Shown here: piece after piece, positions 21,039 through 31,086 of the stretch
How positions within the stretch are numbered: position 1 is the stretch's first letter
Layout: every line of letters starts with the position of its first letter
Assembly (NCBI GenBank): GCA_003245625.1
Contig: QKCT01000106.1
Coordinates: 1-62,969 of the forward strand
Direction: 5' to 3'
Origin: Bacillota bacterium
GTDB lineage: Bacteria; Bacillota_I; Bacilli_A; Izemoplasmatales; Hujiaoplasmataceae
Length of the DNA: 62,969 bases
Made by a program: the position numbers and the translations under genes
Notes under the pieces: model-generated
What the model saw: only the letters and a program-made list of their open reading frames with translations
The model's database searches: none
What the model was told of the DNA's origin: nothing

Positions 21039-22106
21039 TCATGAATTTTCATTGAAATCCATGATTATTTGCATAATATCTTCGTTAAAATTATTTGTGT
21101 TTGAATTTGCATAATCTACCATTATAATTGGCATTTCAACCAACAGGTCCGTGAAGTTCGGTTGACGAATCAAATAGACATTGAAATCTTTCGCTCGATT
21201 GATTAGCGACCAAGTTTTCAATGAATTAACAATTCCATCACCAGTCATTTGCATCGTTGAAACTCCTTGCATCACTCGAAAGCGATCATTGATATTCGCT
21301 GATTGAATGGCAGAACCTTCCGTTTCCAAAAACTGGTAAATATATTCGAAGTCATCCGAATCAGCCCACTCTGATCGAATTGTATCTTGGTACGGAAGAA
21401 TAAGCCCTGTAGACGATTCAAACTTGGTTGTGATAATAACTTTTCCTTCTGTTTTGTTATTTGTAAGAGTCCCATATGTTAGAGTTTCTAAATCATTGAT
21501 ATTCATAGCGTAATCCAATATACCCGAATCGCTTAACATATCATAAAATACTTGATAATCCGTTGCGCTTGAATAATCTATTCCACTAATATGTTGGAAA
21601 TCCAAAATAAGAAATTCACCTGGATTTTCTTCTACGAATGTTTTGATTTCATCTAGGATAGGAAGAAATTCTTCAGACAGATAATTATGTTTCGTATACC
21701 AAGTATCATTACTGTAGGATAAGCGGATGTCAAGGTATCGTACCCCCGCTTTTAACAAGGTGCTTGCATCGCTCATCTGTGTCCTGGATTGTCTCACAAT
21801 AAACCCTTTTACTAATAGTCCTGTCGCTCCTTGCATAATCGAATTTGTTTCATAAGGATCAAGAGGGCTCGCTATCGTGATTTTATTCGAAAACGCATCG
21901 TGAGCTCCAAGCATGGCGATATCTTTGATTAACTCATCTCCATCCAAGGTCTCTGACATCCAGTTGCTGTAATCGGTGTTTGAAATGTTATTATTCAATG
22001 TAAAAACGGGGATGTTAATGACAAGAACCAATGCTATGATTGTTAATATTAAGACCATAAATCCCTTGATGATTCTTTTGCTAATGGATTTCTTTTTCAT
22101 CATCAT
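21039..22106 (-). CDS. Phosphatidylinositol-specific phospholipase C-like phosphodiesterase, membrane-anchored
   Basis: N-terminal TM; 'NWMS', 'LGAHDA', 'LKAGVRYLDIRL', 'TKH', 'NPGEFLIL' typical of the PI-PLC X domain. Confidence 0.8.
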   Translation of the reverse strand: MMMKKKSISKRIIKGFMVLILTIIALVLVINIPVFTLNNNISNTDYSNWMSETLDGDELIKDIAMLGAHDAFSNKITIASPLDPYETNSIMQGATGLLVKGFIVRQSRTQMSDASTLLKAGVRYLDIRLSYSNDTWYTKHNYLSEEFLPILDEIKTFVEENPGEFLILDFQHISGIDYSSATDYQVFYDMLSDSGILDYAMNINDLETLTYGTLTNNKTEGKVIITTKFESSTGLILPYQDTIRSEWADSDDFEYIYQFLETEGSAIQSANINDRFRVMQGVSTMQMTGDGIVNSLKTWSLINRAKDFNVYLIRQPNFTDLLVEMPIIMVDYANSNTNNFNEDIMQIIMDFNENS

Positions 22107-24435
22107 TCCTCCAAAAATCTTCTAGCATATCTCTTAAGTCTTCTATTTTATTACATCGTTCCAAATGACTCCAATTTTGAGGATAATACGATAAATACTT
22201 TCTTGTTGTAAATCGATCGTCAAAGAGGATTGCAACTCCTCGATCGGTTTCAGTTCGAATGACTCGACCTACTGCTTGAATCACTTTATTCAACCCTGGG
22301 AAAGTATACGCATAATCGAATCCATTGCGGAATGAGATATCATAGTGGGAACGGAGAACATTATTAAAAGGACTCAATGCCGGCAACCCTGTACCTACAA
22401 TCAATACACCGCTTAACATATCTCCAATCAAATCAATGGATTCCCCGAAGATTCCTCCCATAACGAACAGAAAGACTTGAGATTGTTCAGAATCCTCTTT
22501 AAACAGATTCATCATCTCTTCTCTTTCTGAGGAGAACATTTCTCTTCTTTGAGTAATGAAACTGACATTCTCTATCGCTTCTGTCAATCGTTCTTTGACA
22601 AGATTCATATATACGTAACTCGGGAAGAATAGAATGTAGTTTCCTTTCTTTGCTGTTACCAATTCTCTCGTTACATCGATAATCTTTTCAATCGAGTTTT
22701 CCCTATCTTTATATCTAGTTGAAATATCATCCACCGCCAGCAATAATAGGTTGTTAGGATTGAAAGGAGATTGGAATGTCATATCATCACCATCATCATT
22801 GGTCAATAACGTTTTATAATAGAACATCGGTTCCAAAGTCGCACTAAAAAAGTTGATTGATTCGATATGAGTATTGATGGTTTCGGTAATATGTTTAGAC
22901 GCATTTAGGCACTTGATTGAAATCATAACATCGTTGTCTACTGTTTCGATAAGGTAGACAAAATCATCGTCATAGTAATCGCTGATTTTCAAGAATCGAT
23001 TGACATTAAAATAGAACTCGCGCAATGCACGTTTGTCGAACTTAATTTTGTCATCTGCAAAAATCTGATCTAGTTTTCCCAAAAGTTTTCGTAATGTCTT
23101 CAGCAAGAATGGATTGACTTCTTCTTTTTTTACAAAATCTACTTCTAACAAATCCAAACTAGCTTCCGCAAACAAATCCAAAATCTGATTGATTTCAGAG
23201 GTTGGATTTGGTTGTAAATACTTGGAAGTTTCTCTAATTCTTAAAAAGTCCTCAGAAACCAAACTAGCAGAATACATTGCTCGGCTTCTAGATACGAGAT
23301 TATGCGCTTCATCACATAGTACAATGGATTCATAATCATCGGCCTCGAAATAGCGAATCAATTTAACAAGAGGATCAAACACATAATTATAATCACAGAT
23401 GATGATATCGGAATAGTTCGATGTATCTAGAGAAAGTTCAAATGGACATACTGTATGTTTTCTTCCATATTGACGAAAGACTTCTTTGGTAATAATCGTT
23501 TCATTACGAAAGAGATCATCGATTGCTTTATAGACTCGTTTATAGTACCCATTTGCATATTTGCATACTTCTGGGTCACAATCTCTTTCCTTCAACATAC
23601 ACATCGAGTCTTTCGCCGTGATTTCGCAGGTCTTTGCGATTAACCCTTTGTCTTCCAACAATTTTACTGTATCGAGAACGACTTTTTTTCCGTCATTTTT
23701 CGCCGTTAAATAGAATACTTTTTCTCGAGGTTGATGGATTGCTTTTAAAGCAGAAAATAACGATGCGATGGTTTTCCCTATTCCGGTCGGAGCTTCTAAA
23801 TATAAGATTCCTTTTCGAAGTATGTTTTTATAAATATAAGCCATCATTTCACGTTGATTTAATCGATAATCCTCAAACGGAAAGGTTAATCCTTCGATTG
23901 ATTTCTGGCGACTATTTTCGTGTAACGTTAAAAGGCGAATCCAATCAACATACTTCTGAATGGTTTTGTCGTAATAATTTTTTAAAACACTTCTTGTGAA
24001 ATGTCGTTCAAATTCAATATATTTTCTATCTTCGACCCGGATGTAAGTGAGTCGGACATCAATACTTTTTAAATCGTTTTGTATCAAATATATATAGGCA
24101 TAAATCTTTGCTTGAGCCATATGTGCAGGATAGGTTGATTCGTTTAATTCCTCCAAGATAGCATGAGTTGATTTGATTTCTTCAATATATTGAATATTAT
24201 CCCTTAGAATAACTCCATCGATTCTTCCACGAATGGTTAATTCAATATCATTGTCCAAAAAAGTTGTCGTTAGAGCAACTTCTTTTCTGTCTGTTTCTAA
24301 ATACTTATTCTGCCAATATGAATGTATCTCAACACCTTCTTGCGCTCTTGTAAGTAATACCCGTTCATTTGTAATACTGGCGGATCCATATAAGAATTCG
24401 GCGATTTCTTTCACACTGATACTAATTTGTTTCAT
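22081..24435 (-). CDS. DinG/Rad3-family Fe-S helicase with N-terminal PD-(D/E)XK nuclease domain
   Basis: N-term 'EGVEIH..GRIDG..EEIKST..QAKIY'; helicase 'EAPTGIGKT', four Cys, 'DYNY', 'DEAHNL', 'SATL', 'FFPSY', 'QAVGRVIR'. Confidence 0.88.
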   Translation of the reverse strand: MKQISISVKEIAEFLYGSASITNERVLLTRAQEGVEIHSYWQNKYLETDRKEVALTTTFLDNDIELTIRGRIDGVILRDNIQYIEEIKSTHAILEELNESTYPAHMAQAKIYAYIYLIQNDLKSIDVRLTYIRVEDRKYIEFERHFTRSVLKNYYDKTIQKYVDWIRLLTLHENSRQKSIEGLTFPFEDYRLNQREMMAYIYKNILRKGILYLEAPTGIGKTIASLFSALKAIHQPREKVFYLTAKNDGKKVVLDTVKLLEDKGLIAKTCEITAKDSMCMLKERDCDPEVCKYANGYYKRVYKAIDDLFRNETIITKEVFRQYGRKHTVCPFELSLDTSNYSDIIICDYNYVFDPLVKLIRYFEADDYESIVLCDEAHNLVSRSRAMYSASLVSEDFLRIRETSKYLQPNPTSEINQILDLFAEASLDLLEVDFVKKEEVNPFLLKTLRKLLGKLDQIFADDKIKFDKRALREFYFNVNRFLKISDYYDDDFVYLIETVDNDVMISIKCLNASKHITETINTHIESINFFSATLEPMFYYKTLLTNDDGDDMTFQSPFNPNNLLLLAVDDISTRYKDRENSIEKIIDVTRELVTAKKGNYILFFPSYVYMNLVKERLTEAIENVSFITQRREMFSSEREEMMNLFKEDSEQSQVFLFVMGGIFGESIDLIGDMLSGVLIVGTGLPALSPFNNVLRSHYDISFRNGFDYAYTFPGLNKVIQAVGRVIRTETDRGVAILFDDRFTTRKYLSYYPQNWSHLERCNKIEDLRDMLEDFWRNDDEKEIH

Positions 24436-24583
24436 GGAATTTCCTTTCGCGGAAAATGATACATTAATTATAACGTAATCGATGATTTTTTCCTAGACAA
24501 ACATCAAAATAGCGGGTTTGATTTATTGACAGCGTGTTTCTATAAATAGAATGATATAATGGAATATATAGGGAGGTAGCAAA

Positions 24584-25903
24584 ATGAAGAAAGTAAGTTT
24601 ATTAAATGCAATCTCTGTCGGAATCGGAGGAATGGTTGGCGGTGGCATCTTTGCCGTACTCGGATTGGCAGTTACAAAAGCTTCTGGAGCGACTCCTATG
24701 GCATTCTTAATCGCAGGAATAGTAGCTCTGATTACTGCATATTCCTATGCTTTGCTTGCAAGAACTATCCAAAATAAAGGCGGCACCAGTGCTTATATAA
24801 ATGAAGCTTTCGGAAAAAATATCCTTTCTGGAGGAATCAATAATTTTCTTTGGATTAGTTATATTGTGATGTTAGCATTGTATGCATCCGCCTTTGGATC
24901 ATATGCTCCAACGTTGTTTCCGATTTTCCCTAATTCCTCGATTAATTATCACCTCTTTTTATCGATTGTAATTTTACTAGCTGTTGTTGTCAATTACTTG
25001 AGCGTATCAGTGGTTACGAACATAGAAAAATGGGCTGTATTTTTCAAGTTAATTATTCTATTATTTTTCATTGTAATAGGAATCTATGGATTGTTTTCTT
25101 CTTCCTATGTAAACCAATTATCGACATCTTCTTGGCCAAATATGATCTCTATCATCTCAGGTGGAATGCTTATTTTTATTGCATATGAAGGTTTTGAATT
25201 GATCGCAAACATTTCGCCTGATATGAGTAAAAAAGAAGACATAAAAAAGGCATTTATATTTTCGACCGGGTTTGTTGTCATTCTATATATATTAATCGCC
25301 GTTATAACGGTGGGTAGTTTGTCATTTACCACTGTTTCTTCAGCGGAAGATTATGTGCTTGCCGAAGCAGCAAAACCAGTTTTGGGTCAATTTGGGTTTA
25401 TATTAATTGTTATTGCTGCAATGATTTCTACTTTTTCAGCAATCAATGCGACTCTTTATAGTAGTTCTAGAATCAATTACGAACTTGCTATCGACGATGA
25501 ATTACCTCATGAATTCACTGTCATCATAAAAAACGAGCCAATCGGAGTAATAATAACTGCTATTCTTGCATTATTGATAGGAAACCTTATCTCATTAGAA
25601 TCTATTTCGGGTATTGGAAGTATAGGGTTCCTATCCATCTTCTTCATGGTGAATCTATCCGCATATCTTCTGCGTAAAAAAATCGGGGGAAGAGTTTGGA
25701 TATATCTTGTCGGAATTATCTTGAATCTTATTGCTTTAGGAATATTAATCTTTGAACAAATACAGTCGAATCCGATTACAATCCTATATACATTAGGACT
25801 CTTAACACTTTGTTTTTTGCTTGAGTACTTTTATAAAAAATCCGAATATGTTATAAAAGAAAAAGTCATTCAACGCAACCAATCAAATAAAAAAGCGATT
25901 TGA
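24584..25903 (+). CDS. APC-family amino acid permease
   Basis: 'IGGMVGGGIF', 'AYEGFE', about 12 TM; RBS GGAGGT and extended -10 TGATATAAT upstream. Confidence 0.88.
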   Translation: MKKVSLLNAISVGIGGMVGGGIFAVLGLAVTKASGATPMAFLIAGIVALITAYSYALLARTIQNKGGTSAYINEAFGKNILSGGINNFLWISYIVMLALYASAFGSYAPTLFPIFPNSSINYHLFLSIVILLAVVVNYLSVSVVTNIEKWAVFFKLIILLFFIVIGIYGLFSSSYVNQLSTSSWPNMISIISGGMLIFIAYEGFELIANISPDMSKKEDIKKAFIFSTGFVVILYILIAVITVGSLSFTTVSSAEDYVLAEAAKPVLGQFGFILIVIAAMISTFSAINATLYSSSRINYELAIDDELPHEFTVIIKNEPIGVIITAILALLIGNLISLESISGIGSIGFLSIFFMVNLSAYLLRKKIGGRVWIYLVGIILNLIALGILIFEQIQSNPITILYTLGLLTLCFLLEYFYKKSEYVIKEKVIQRNQSNKKAI

Positions 25904-25929
25904 GTTTCATTCAAGTCGCTTTCTTTTTT
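25890..25929. terminator. Bidirectional terminator
   Basis: AAAGCGATTTGA...TCAAGTCGCTTT between convergent genes with A/T tails. Confidence 0.7.
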
Positions 25930-26944
25930 ATTCCATAATTTTACGTTTATATTTGTTTCCTCTTTTGACCAAATAATAATCTTGAGCAAACTTAAGAGTA
26001 TCCTCGATGCTTTCAGAGATTGGTCTTACATGAAAGTGTAAATCATTCTGAGCTTTTCGATTGTCGAATAGATGATTTGAATGAAGTACTTTTACACTGT
26101 AATGTGTAAACAATGGTTTCTGTCGTCTGATCTTATAGTATAATTCGGCAAATCGACTCATTGTAAGAATAAACCAATATGCAAGCCTTGTTTTAACTGG
26201 TTTGCGATTGGATAACACAGCTATTTTGTCAAGCAATTCTTTCACAGTAATATCAGATCCAGAAAGAATATAACTATTCTTATTCTTCCCATATTTTGCT
26301 GCATTCAATATTCCAATTGCCACATCCCGTACATCCACAAAGTTGTAACTGCCTCCAACATAAGCGGTTAACCGTCCTAATAGGTAGTCGATAAAGATTT
26401 GACCTGTATTAGATAACTGATAATCATAAGGTCCAATCACTCCTGAAGGACATACTACAATTGTTTCCAAGTTAGAGTCTTCTTGATTTAAAATCAAATC
26501 TGTAGCGATTGCCTTTGATTTCGCATAATGACCCATAACTAAATTAGGATCAAAGTGATCTACTTCCTTCATCACTTGGCCTTTCGGTAACTCTTCTATG
26601 GCATGAACGCTTGACGTATAGATTAATCTTTTTACATTTGAACTTTGACAAATGGATAAGATATTTTTTGCACCTTGAACATTGACGGTGTAGATTTTCT
26701 TCTTCTTTCCAGTTCCAATTTCCACCATCCCTGCCAAATGAAAGACCCAATCAAAATCGACAATAACAGATCTTAGAAAATCAACGTCAAGGATATCTCC
26801 CCGCACAATTTCTGTAAATGGTTCTATCATCGTAATGTCATCTTTTGGCAACACCAAGGAGGTCACCTTGTGACCTTCATCATACAGTTTGCGAACCAAG
26901 ACATTTCCAATGTGTCCAGTTGCACCGGTAACGAAACATCTCAT
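25928..26944 (-). CDS. NAD-dependent epimerase/dehydratase (extended SDR)
   Basis: 'VTGATGHIG', 'FHLAG', 'YTSSV', YxxxK 'YAKSK'. Confidence 0.88.
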   Translation of the reverse strand: MRCFVTGATGHIGNVLVRKLYDEGHKVTSLVLPKDDITMIEPFTEIVRGDILDVDFLRSVIVDFDWVFHLAGMVEIGTGKKKKIYTVNVQGAKNILSICQSSNVKRLIYTSSVHAIEELPKGQVMKEVDHFDPNLVMGHYAKSKAIATDLILNQEDSNLETIVVCPSGVIGPYDYQLSNTGQIFIDYLLGRLTAYVGGSYNFVDVRDVAIGILNAAKYGKNKNSYILSGSDITVKELLDKIAVLSNRKPVKTRLAYWFILTMSRFAELYYKIRRQKPLFTHYSVKVLHSNHLFDNRKAQNDLHFHVRPISESIEDTLKFAQDYYLVKRGNKYKRKIME

Positions 26945-27056
26945 ACTATCCCTTCTTTCAATTTCATTATAAGTCTTTCTATTTTATAAGTAAACCGTTG
27001 TTTATTATTTTGAAAGAATACTCAGAATTTCATCACAAAAAAAGACCGTTTCCGGT

Positions 27057-27761
27057 CTAGATTTGTTCTTCTGTTAAGCACAAAACATTGATTTTGTGGT
27101 TCATAGCAGCACCGCCATCAATCATGATTTTCTGATTTTCATATATAATGTCATCATTGCCGCTAATGTATTCGTTTGGTGTATGTCCAAATATGATTTT
27201 CTTGGTAAATGAAGTAGGTATCTGATATTTATATCCACGTTCCCACATTGCATATTTCTCACTCGTATCATGCCAATCTTTCAAACTAAAGTCGATAAAG
27301 CCATGAACAATGATATGATGTGGAAACTCAATGTATTTTGGTAGTGTCAAAATCCACTCCGCGAAAACTGGGTATTTTTGAATGAATTGATTTCTCATCT
27401 CATGAACAATCTCAAGTTTATAAATCTCTTCTAGTTGACTTTTACTAAGTCCCAATAAAAGAGTTTCAGCAAACCCATTATGTTCGATATTCCAAGCAAT
27501 CTCACGATAGGTCGCTTTCTGATTTAAGATATCACAGAGATACTTATCATGATTTCCCATCGCTGCTAAAATCCTTTTCTTTCGAATCAATAATTCCAAG
27601 AATAGGATCAGCGAATCTCCTTGTTTTCCACGATCTAGAATATCTCCTGCGATAACAAGAATATCGCTTTCGTTTTCCATATCGAAACCGGCATCCAGCA
27701 GAGCTTGTAATAATAGATCAAATTGAGAATGAATATCACTGACAATATAATATTTGAGCAT
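27057..27761 (-). CDS. Metallophosphoesterase (PrpA/ApaH-like Ser/Thr phosphatase family)
   Basis: 'SDIH', 'GDILDRG', 'GNHD', 'VHG', 'FGHTP', 'IDGG'. Confidence 0.87.
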   Translation of the reverse strand: MLKYYIVSDIHSQFDLLLQALLDAGFDMENESDILVIAGDILDRGKQGDSLILFLELLIRKKRILAAMGNHDKYLCDILNQKATYREIAWNIEHNGFAETLLLGLSKSQLEEIYKLEIVHEMRNQFIQKYPVFAEWILTLPKYIEFPHHIIVHGFIDFSLKDWHDTSEKYAMWERGYKYQIPTSFTKKIIFGHTPNEYISGNDDIIYENQKIMIDGGAAMNHKINVLCLTEEQI

Positions 27762-27813
27762 AGTAACCTCCTGAAAAAAAATACTAACTCACGCTAGTAT
27801 TTTTAAAACTTCA

Positions 27814-28914
27814 TTATAGTTGGAATTGTTCTAATCCGAACGCTTTACATACCCCTTCGCAAGTACACTTACCATCATAGGTGTTTACTCCATAACGCAG
27901 TGGTTCAGAGATACGGATTGCTTCTTCTAATCCTTTGTCCGCAAGTAAAATACCATATCTTAACGTCGCGTTATTCAAAGCGATTGTAGAAGTTTGAGGA
28001 ACGGCACCTGGCATATTTGCGACACAATAGTGGACGACACCGTCGACAACGAATGTAGGATTATCGTGATAAGTCGCTTTGGACACTTCAGTGGAACCAC
28101 CTTGATCGATAGCGATATCTACGATGACTGATCCTGGTTTCATTTTATTATAGAAAGAACGCTTGATTAATTTTGGAGCTTTCGCACCAGGTAATAATAC
28201 ACCACTTACAACTAAGTCTGCATTTACACAAGCTTCTTCTAAGTTGTGTTTGTTACTATATAATGTTGTTATTTTATTCCCATAAATTTGATCAAGATGA
28301 GTCAACTTGTTCAAATTAATATCCAAAACTGTAACATTGGCTTCCAAGCCAACAGCCATTTTTAGAGCACTTTCTCCAACAACGCCAGCGCCAACAATCG
28401 CTACATTAGCACGCTTTGTTCCTGGCACACCGGATAAAAGCAATCCCGATCCTCCAAATGGTTTTTCTAAGTGTTTTGCACCCTCAATAACACCAAGTCT
28501 TCCCGCTACTTCACTCATTGGTTTCAAACATGGCAAAGATCCGTCTTCTAAAATAATGGTCTCATAAGCGACCCCTTTTACTTTGCTTTCCAATAATGCT
28601 TTGGTCAATGGTTCGTCTGCAGCAAGATGCAGATATGTGTAAAGAATCAAGCCTTCACGGAAGAATTTATATTCATCCGCAAGTGGTTCTTTCACCTTTA
28701 CAATCATGTCTGAAGAATTCCAAACTTCTTCAGCGGTTTCAATGATTGTAGCTCCGGCATTAATATAGTCTTCATTCGCAAAACCTGAATTTAGACCTGC
28801 ATTTGTTTCAATGAGAACGGTATGGCCATGATGAACATACTCATTCACACTACCTGGTGTCAACCCGACACGATACTCTAATTTTTTAATTTCTTTGACA
28901 CAACCTATTATCAT
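27814..28914 (-). CDS. ald: Alanine dehydrogenase
   Basis: 'KEIK..EYRVGLTP', 'KVKEP', 'YLHLAA', 'PMSEVAG', 'YCVANMPGAVP'. Confidence 0.95.
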   Translation of the reverse strand: MIIGCVKEIKKLEYRVGLTPGSVNEYVHHGHTVLIETNAGLNSGFANEDYINAGATIIETAEEVWNSSDMIVKVKEPLADEYKFFREGLILYTYLHLAADEPLTKALLESKVKGVAYETIILEDGSLPCLKPMSEVAGRLGVIEGAKHLEKPFGGSGLLLSGVPGTKRANVAIVGAGVVGESALKMAVGLEANVTVLDINLNKLTHLDQIYGNKITTLYSNKHNLEEACVNADLVVSGVLLPGAKAPKLIKRSFYNKMKPGSVIVDIAIDQGGSTEVSKATYHDNPTFVVDGVVHYCVANMPGAVPQTSTIALNNATLRYGILLADKGLEEAIRISEPLRYGVNTYDGKCTCEGVCKAFGLEQFQL

Positions 28915-29050
28915 TTGTTTTCACCTCGCGATTATATTTTAACACAGAAGCAAGCGTTTTCATAAAACTTTTTTTGTCTTTTTTTTATCGTTGAAACAAA
29001 GGTTAGTGTTTTGAATAAAAAGCAGAAAAAAACCAAGATTTTTGTCTTGG

Positions 29051-30226
29051 TTATTTGCATGCTAATTCGTATATTTTTCTTGCATCTTCCATGGATAACT
29101 CCTTAAATGATCCAAAGGTTTTTCCACGATTGATTTCTAGTTTTTGGAGTAATATATCGATATCTTCTTTTCGAGCTCCTATTTCTTCAAAGCGAGTCGG
29201 CATGCCAATTTCTCGGAAGAAATTCTCTAAAGCGTCGATTCCTGCCAAGGCAACTTTCAACGGTTTCTTCGGTTTGTCTTTGATTCCGAATACTTTGACA
29301 GCAAGACGTCGATATCTTTGTACATCCACTTCTACTGTATAGCGCATAAATGCAGGAAACATAACCGCTAGTCCAGCACCATGAGTTACATCATATAGCG
29401 CGCTAAGTTCGTGTTCTAAACCATGAGTCGACCAATCTTCTTGTCGACCAACACCAAGTGAACCATTGTGTGCGATTGTTCCAGCCCAACAAATAGTAGC
29501 TCTCGCTTCATAATTCGTTGGTTCTGTCATCACAACTTTTGCAGCTTCCATGATTGAAACTAGAGTTGCCTCGCATAAACGGTCGGTTAAAATAACATCT
29601 TGGGTTCTGGTTAAGTATCTTTCAAAGATGTGACTCATCATATCTGCAACACCGGCTGAAGTTTGATATCTCGGTAATGTATAAGTTAATTCTGGGTTGA
29701 CTATCGCAAAAACGGGTCTTACATATCGACTAAAATATCCTCGTTTCAACATTCCTTCTGTTTTCGTGATTACAGTAGATCCACTTCCTTCGGATCCCGC
29801 TGCTGGTATCGTTAAGATTACGCCTAAATTTAAAGCTCCTTTTGGATCTGCTTTTCGATCATAGAAATCCCAAAAATCACCTTTATATTTCGCTCCCAAA
29901 GCAATCGCTTTTGCAGAATCAATGGCAGAGCCTCCACCCACAGCTAGAATAAAATCGACATTTTCGTTTTTGCACAATTCGATTCCTTCATAAACCAAGG
30001 TATCTCTTGGATTTGGAACCACTCCTCCAAGTTCGACAAAATCGATATTTTCTTTTTCAAGAGATTGGACCACTCGATCAAACAATCCCGATCTTTTTAT
30101 CGAACCAGATCCGTAATGAATCAATACTTTTTTTGCTTTATAGAATTTTAACAAGGAACCAACTTGCATTTCGGTGTCTTTTCCAAAGACAAATTCGGTT
30201 GGACTATAATAACTGAAATTTAACAT
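29051..30226 (-). CDS. Iron-containing alcohol dehydrogenase (butanol dehydrogenase-like)
   Basis: 'VGGGSAID', 'PAAGSE', 'HGLEHELSA.YDVTHGAGLA'. Confidence 0.9.
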   Translation of the reverse strand: MLNFSYYSPTEFVFGKDTEMQVGSLLKFYKAKKVLIHYGSGSIKRSGLFDRVVQSLEKENIDFVELGGVVPNPRDTLVYEGIELCKNENVDFILAVGGGSAIDSAKAIALGAKYKGDFWDFYDRKADPKGALNLGVILTIPAAGSEGSGSTVITKTEGMLKRGYFSRYVRPVFAIVNPELTYTLPRYQTSAGVADMMSHIFERYLTRTQDVILTDRLCEATLVSIMEAAKVVMTEPTNYEARATICWAGTIAHNGSLGVGRQEDWSTHGLEHELSALYDVTHGAGLAVMFPAFMRYTVEVDVQRYRRLAVKVFGIKDKPKKPLKVALAGIDALENFFREIGMPTRFEEIGARKEDIDILLQKLEINRGKTFGSFKELSMEDARKIYELACK

Positions 30227-30343
30227 CGCTCTCACTCCTCGAAATTATTATAACATAAAAGGAAAAGTTTAAAAATACCTATATCTTCTGTTTAAGATGA
30301 AAGAAAAATGATATAATAATATCAATCAGAAAGAGGCAAATAC

Positions 30344-31081
30344 ATGAAAGACATCACTTGGATAAAAGAACGCTTGATTGCTCACCGAGGGCTTCATAGC
30401 GAAGATAAAACGACACCAGAAAATTCTTTAGCAGCGTATCAAAAAGCAATCGATCATAATTATGGAATTGAAATGGATATTAATGTCATGAAAGATGGCA
30501 CGGTCGTTGCCTTCCATGACATTACATTAAATCGACTTTGCGGTATTGATGGCAATCTAAGCAATTTAAATTATGATGATGTTACCGAATTGCGATTATT
30601 AGCAACAAACCAACATATCCCAACCCTTCAAGAAGTTCTTGATTTAGTCGATGGAAGAGTACCTCTTCTTATCGAATTGAAACCTCACGGGGATAGCGTT
30701 TTATTATGCACCAATTTTATGAAAATCATGGGAAATTACAATGGTGTCTATGGTATCCACTCATTCAACCCGGGGATTGTACGATGGTTCAAGAAAAATC
30801 ACCCAGAAGTGATTCGAGGGCAAATCACAGAGTATTTCCGAAACGACACTAAAATGAAACGTTTGACCAAATATTTGATGAAGAGTATGTTTTTTAATCG
30901 TTTTAATAAACCGGATTTTGTCAATTACGGACTTTATGATTTACCAAATAAATATTGTGACAAAGCATACAAAAAGGGATTGTGTATTATCGCCTATGCT
31001 TCTCGAAATCAAAAGGATTTTGATATGGTGAAGAAACATTACGACAACTCCGTTTTTGAATTCTTCATTCCAAAGGAATAG
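30344..31081 (+). CDS. Glycerophosphodiester phosphodiesterase (GDPD)
   Basis: 'IAHRGL', 'PENSL', 'IEMD', 'FHD..L.RL', 'IPTL.EVL', 'IELK'. Confidence 0.9.
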   Translation: MKDITWIKERLIAHRGLHSEDKTTPENSLAAYQKAIDHNYGIEMDINVMKDGTVVAFHDITLNRLCGIDGNLSNLNYDDVTELRLLATNQHIPTLQEVLDLVDGRVPLLIELKPHGDSVLLCTNFMKIMGNYNGVYGIHSFNPGIVRWFKKNHPEVIRGQITEYFRNDTKMKRLTKYLMKSMFFNRFNKPDFVNYGLYDLPNKYCDKAYKKGLCIIAYASRNQKDFDMVKKHYDNSVFEFFIPKE

Positions 31082-31086
31082 ATATT

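Noticed and set aside
20830-21114. 94-aa plus-strand ORF upstream of rpsJ
   Set aside because: Antisense to the S10 promoter/leader and overlapping the end of the PLC gene; no motif support
22081-24435. Cas4-like nuclease plus DinG as a type IV CRISPR-Cas component
   Set aside because: No repeat-spacer array or cas5/6/7-like genes are visible in the window; the helicase looks like a housekeeping Fe-S DinG/Rad3 type
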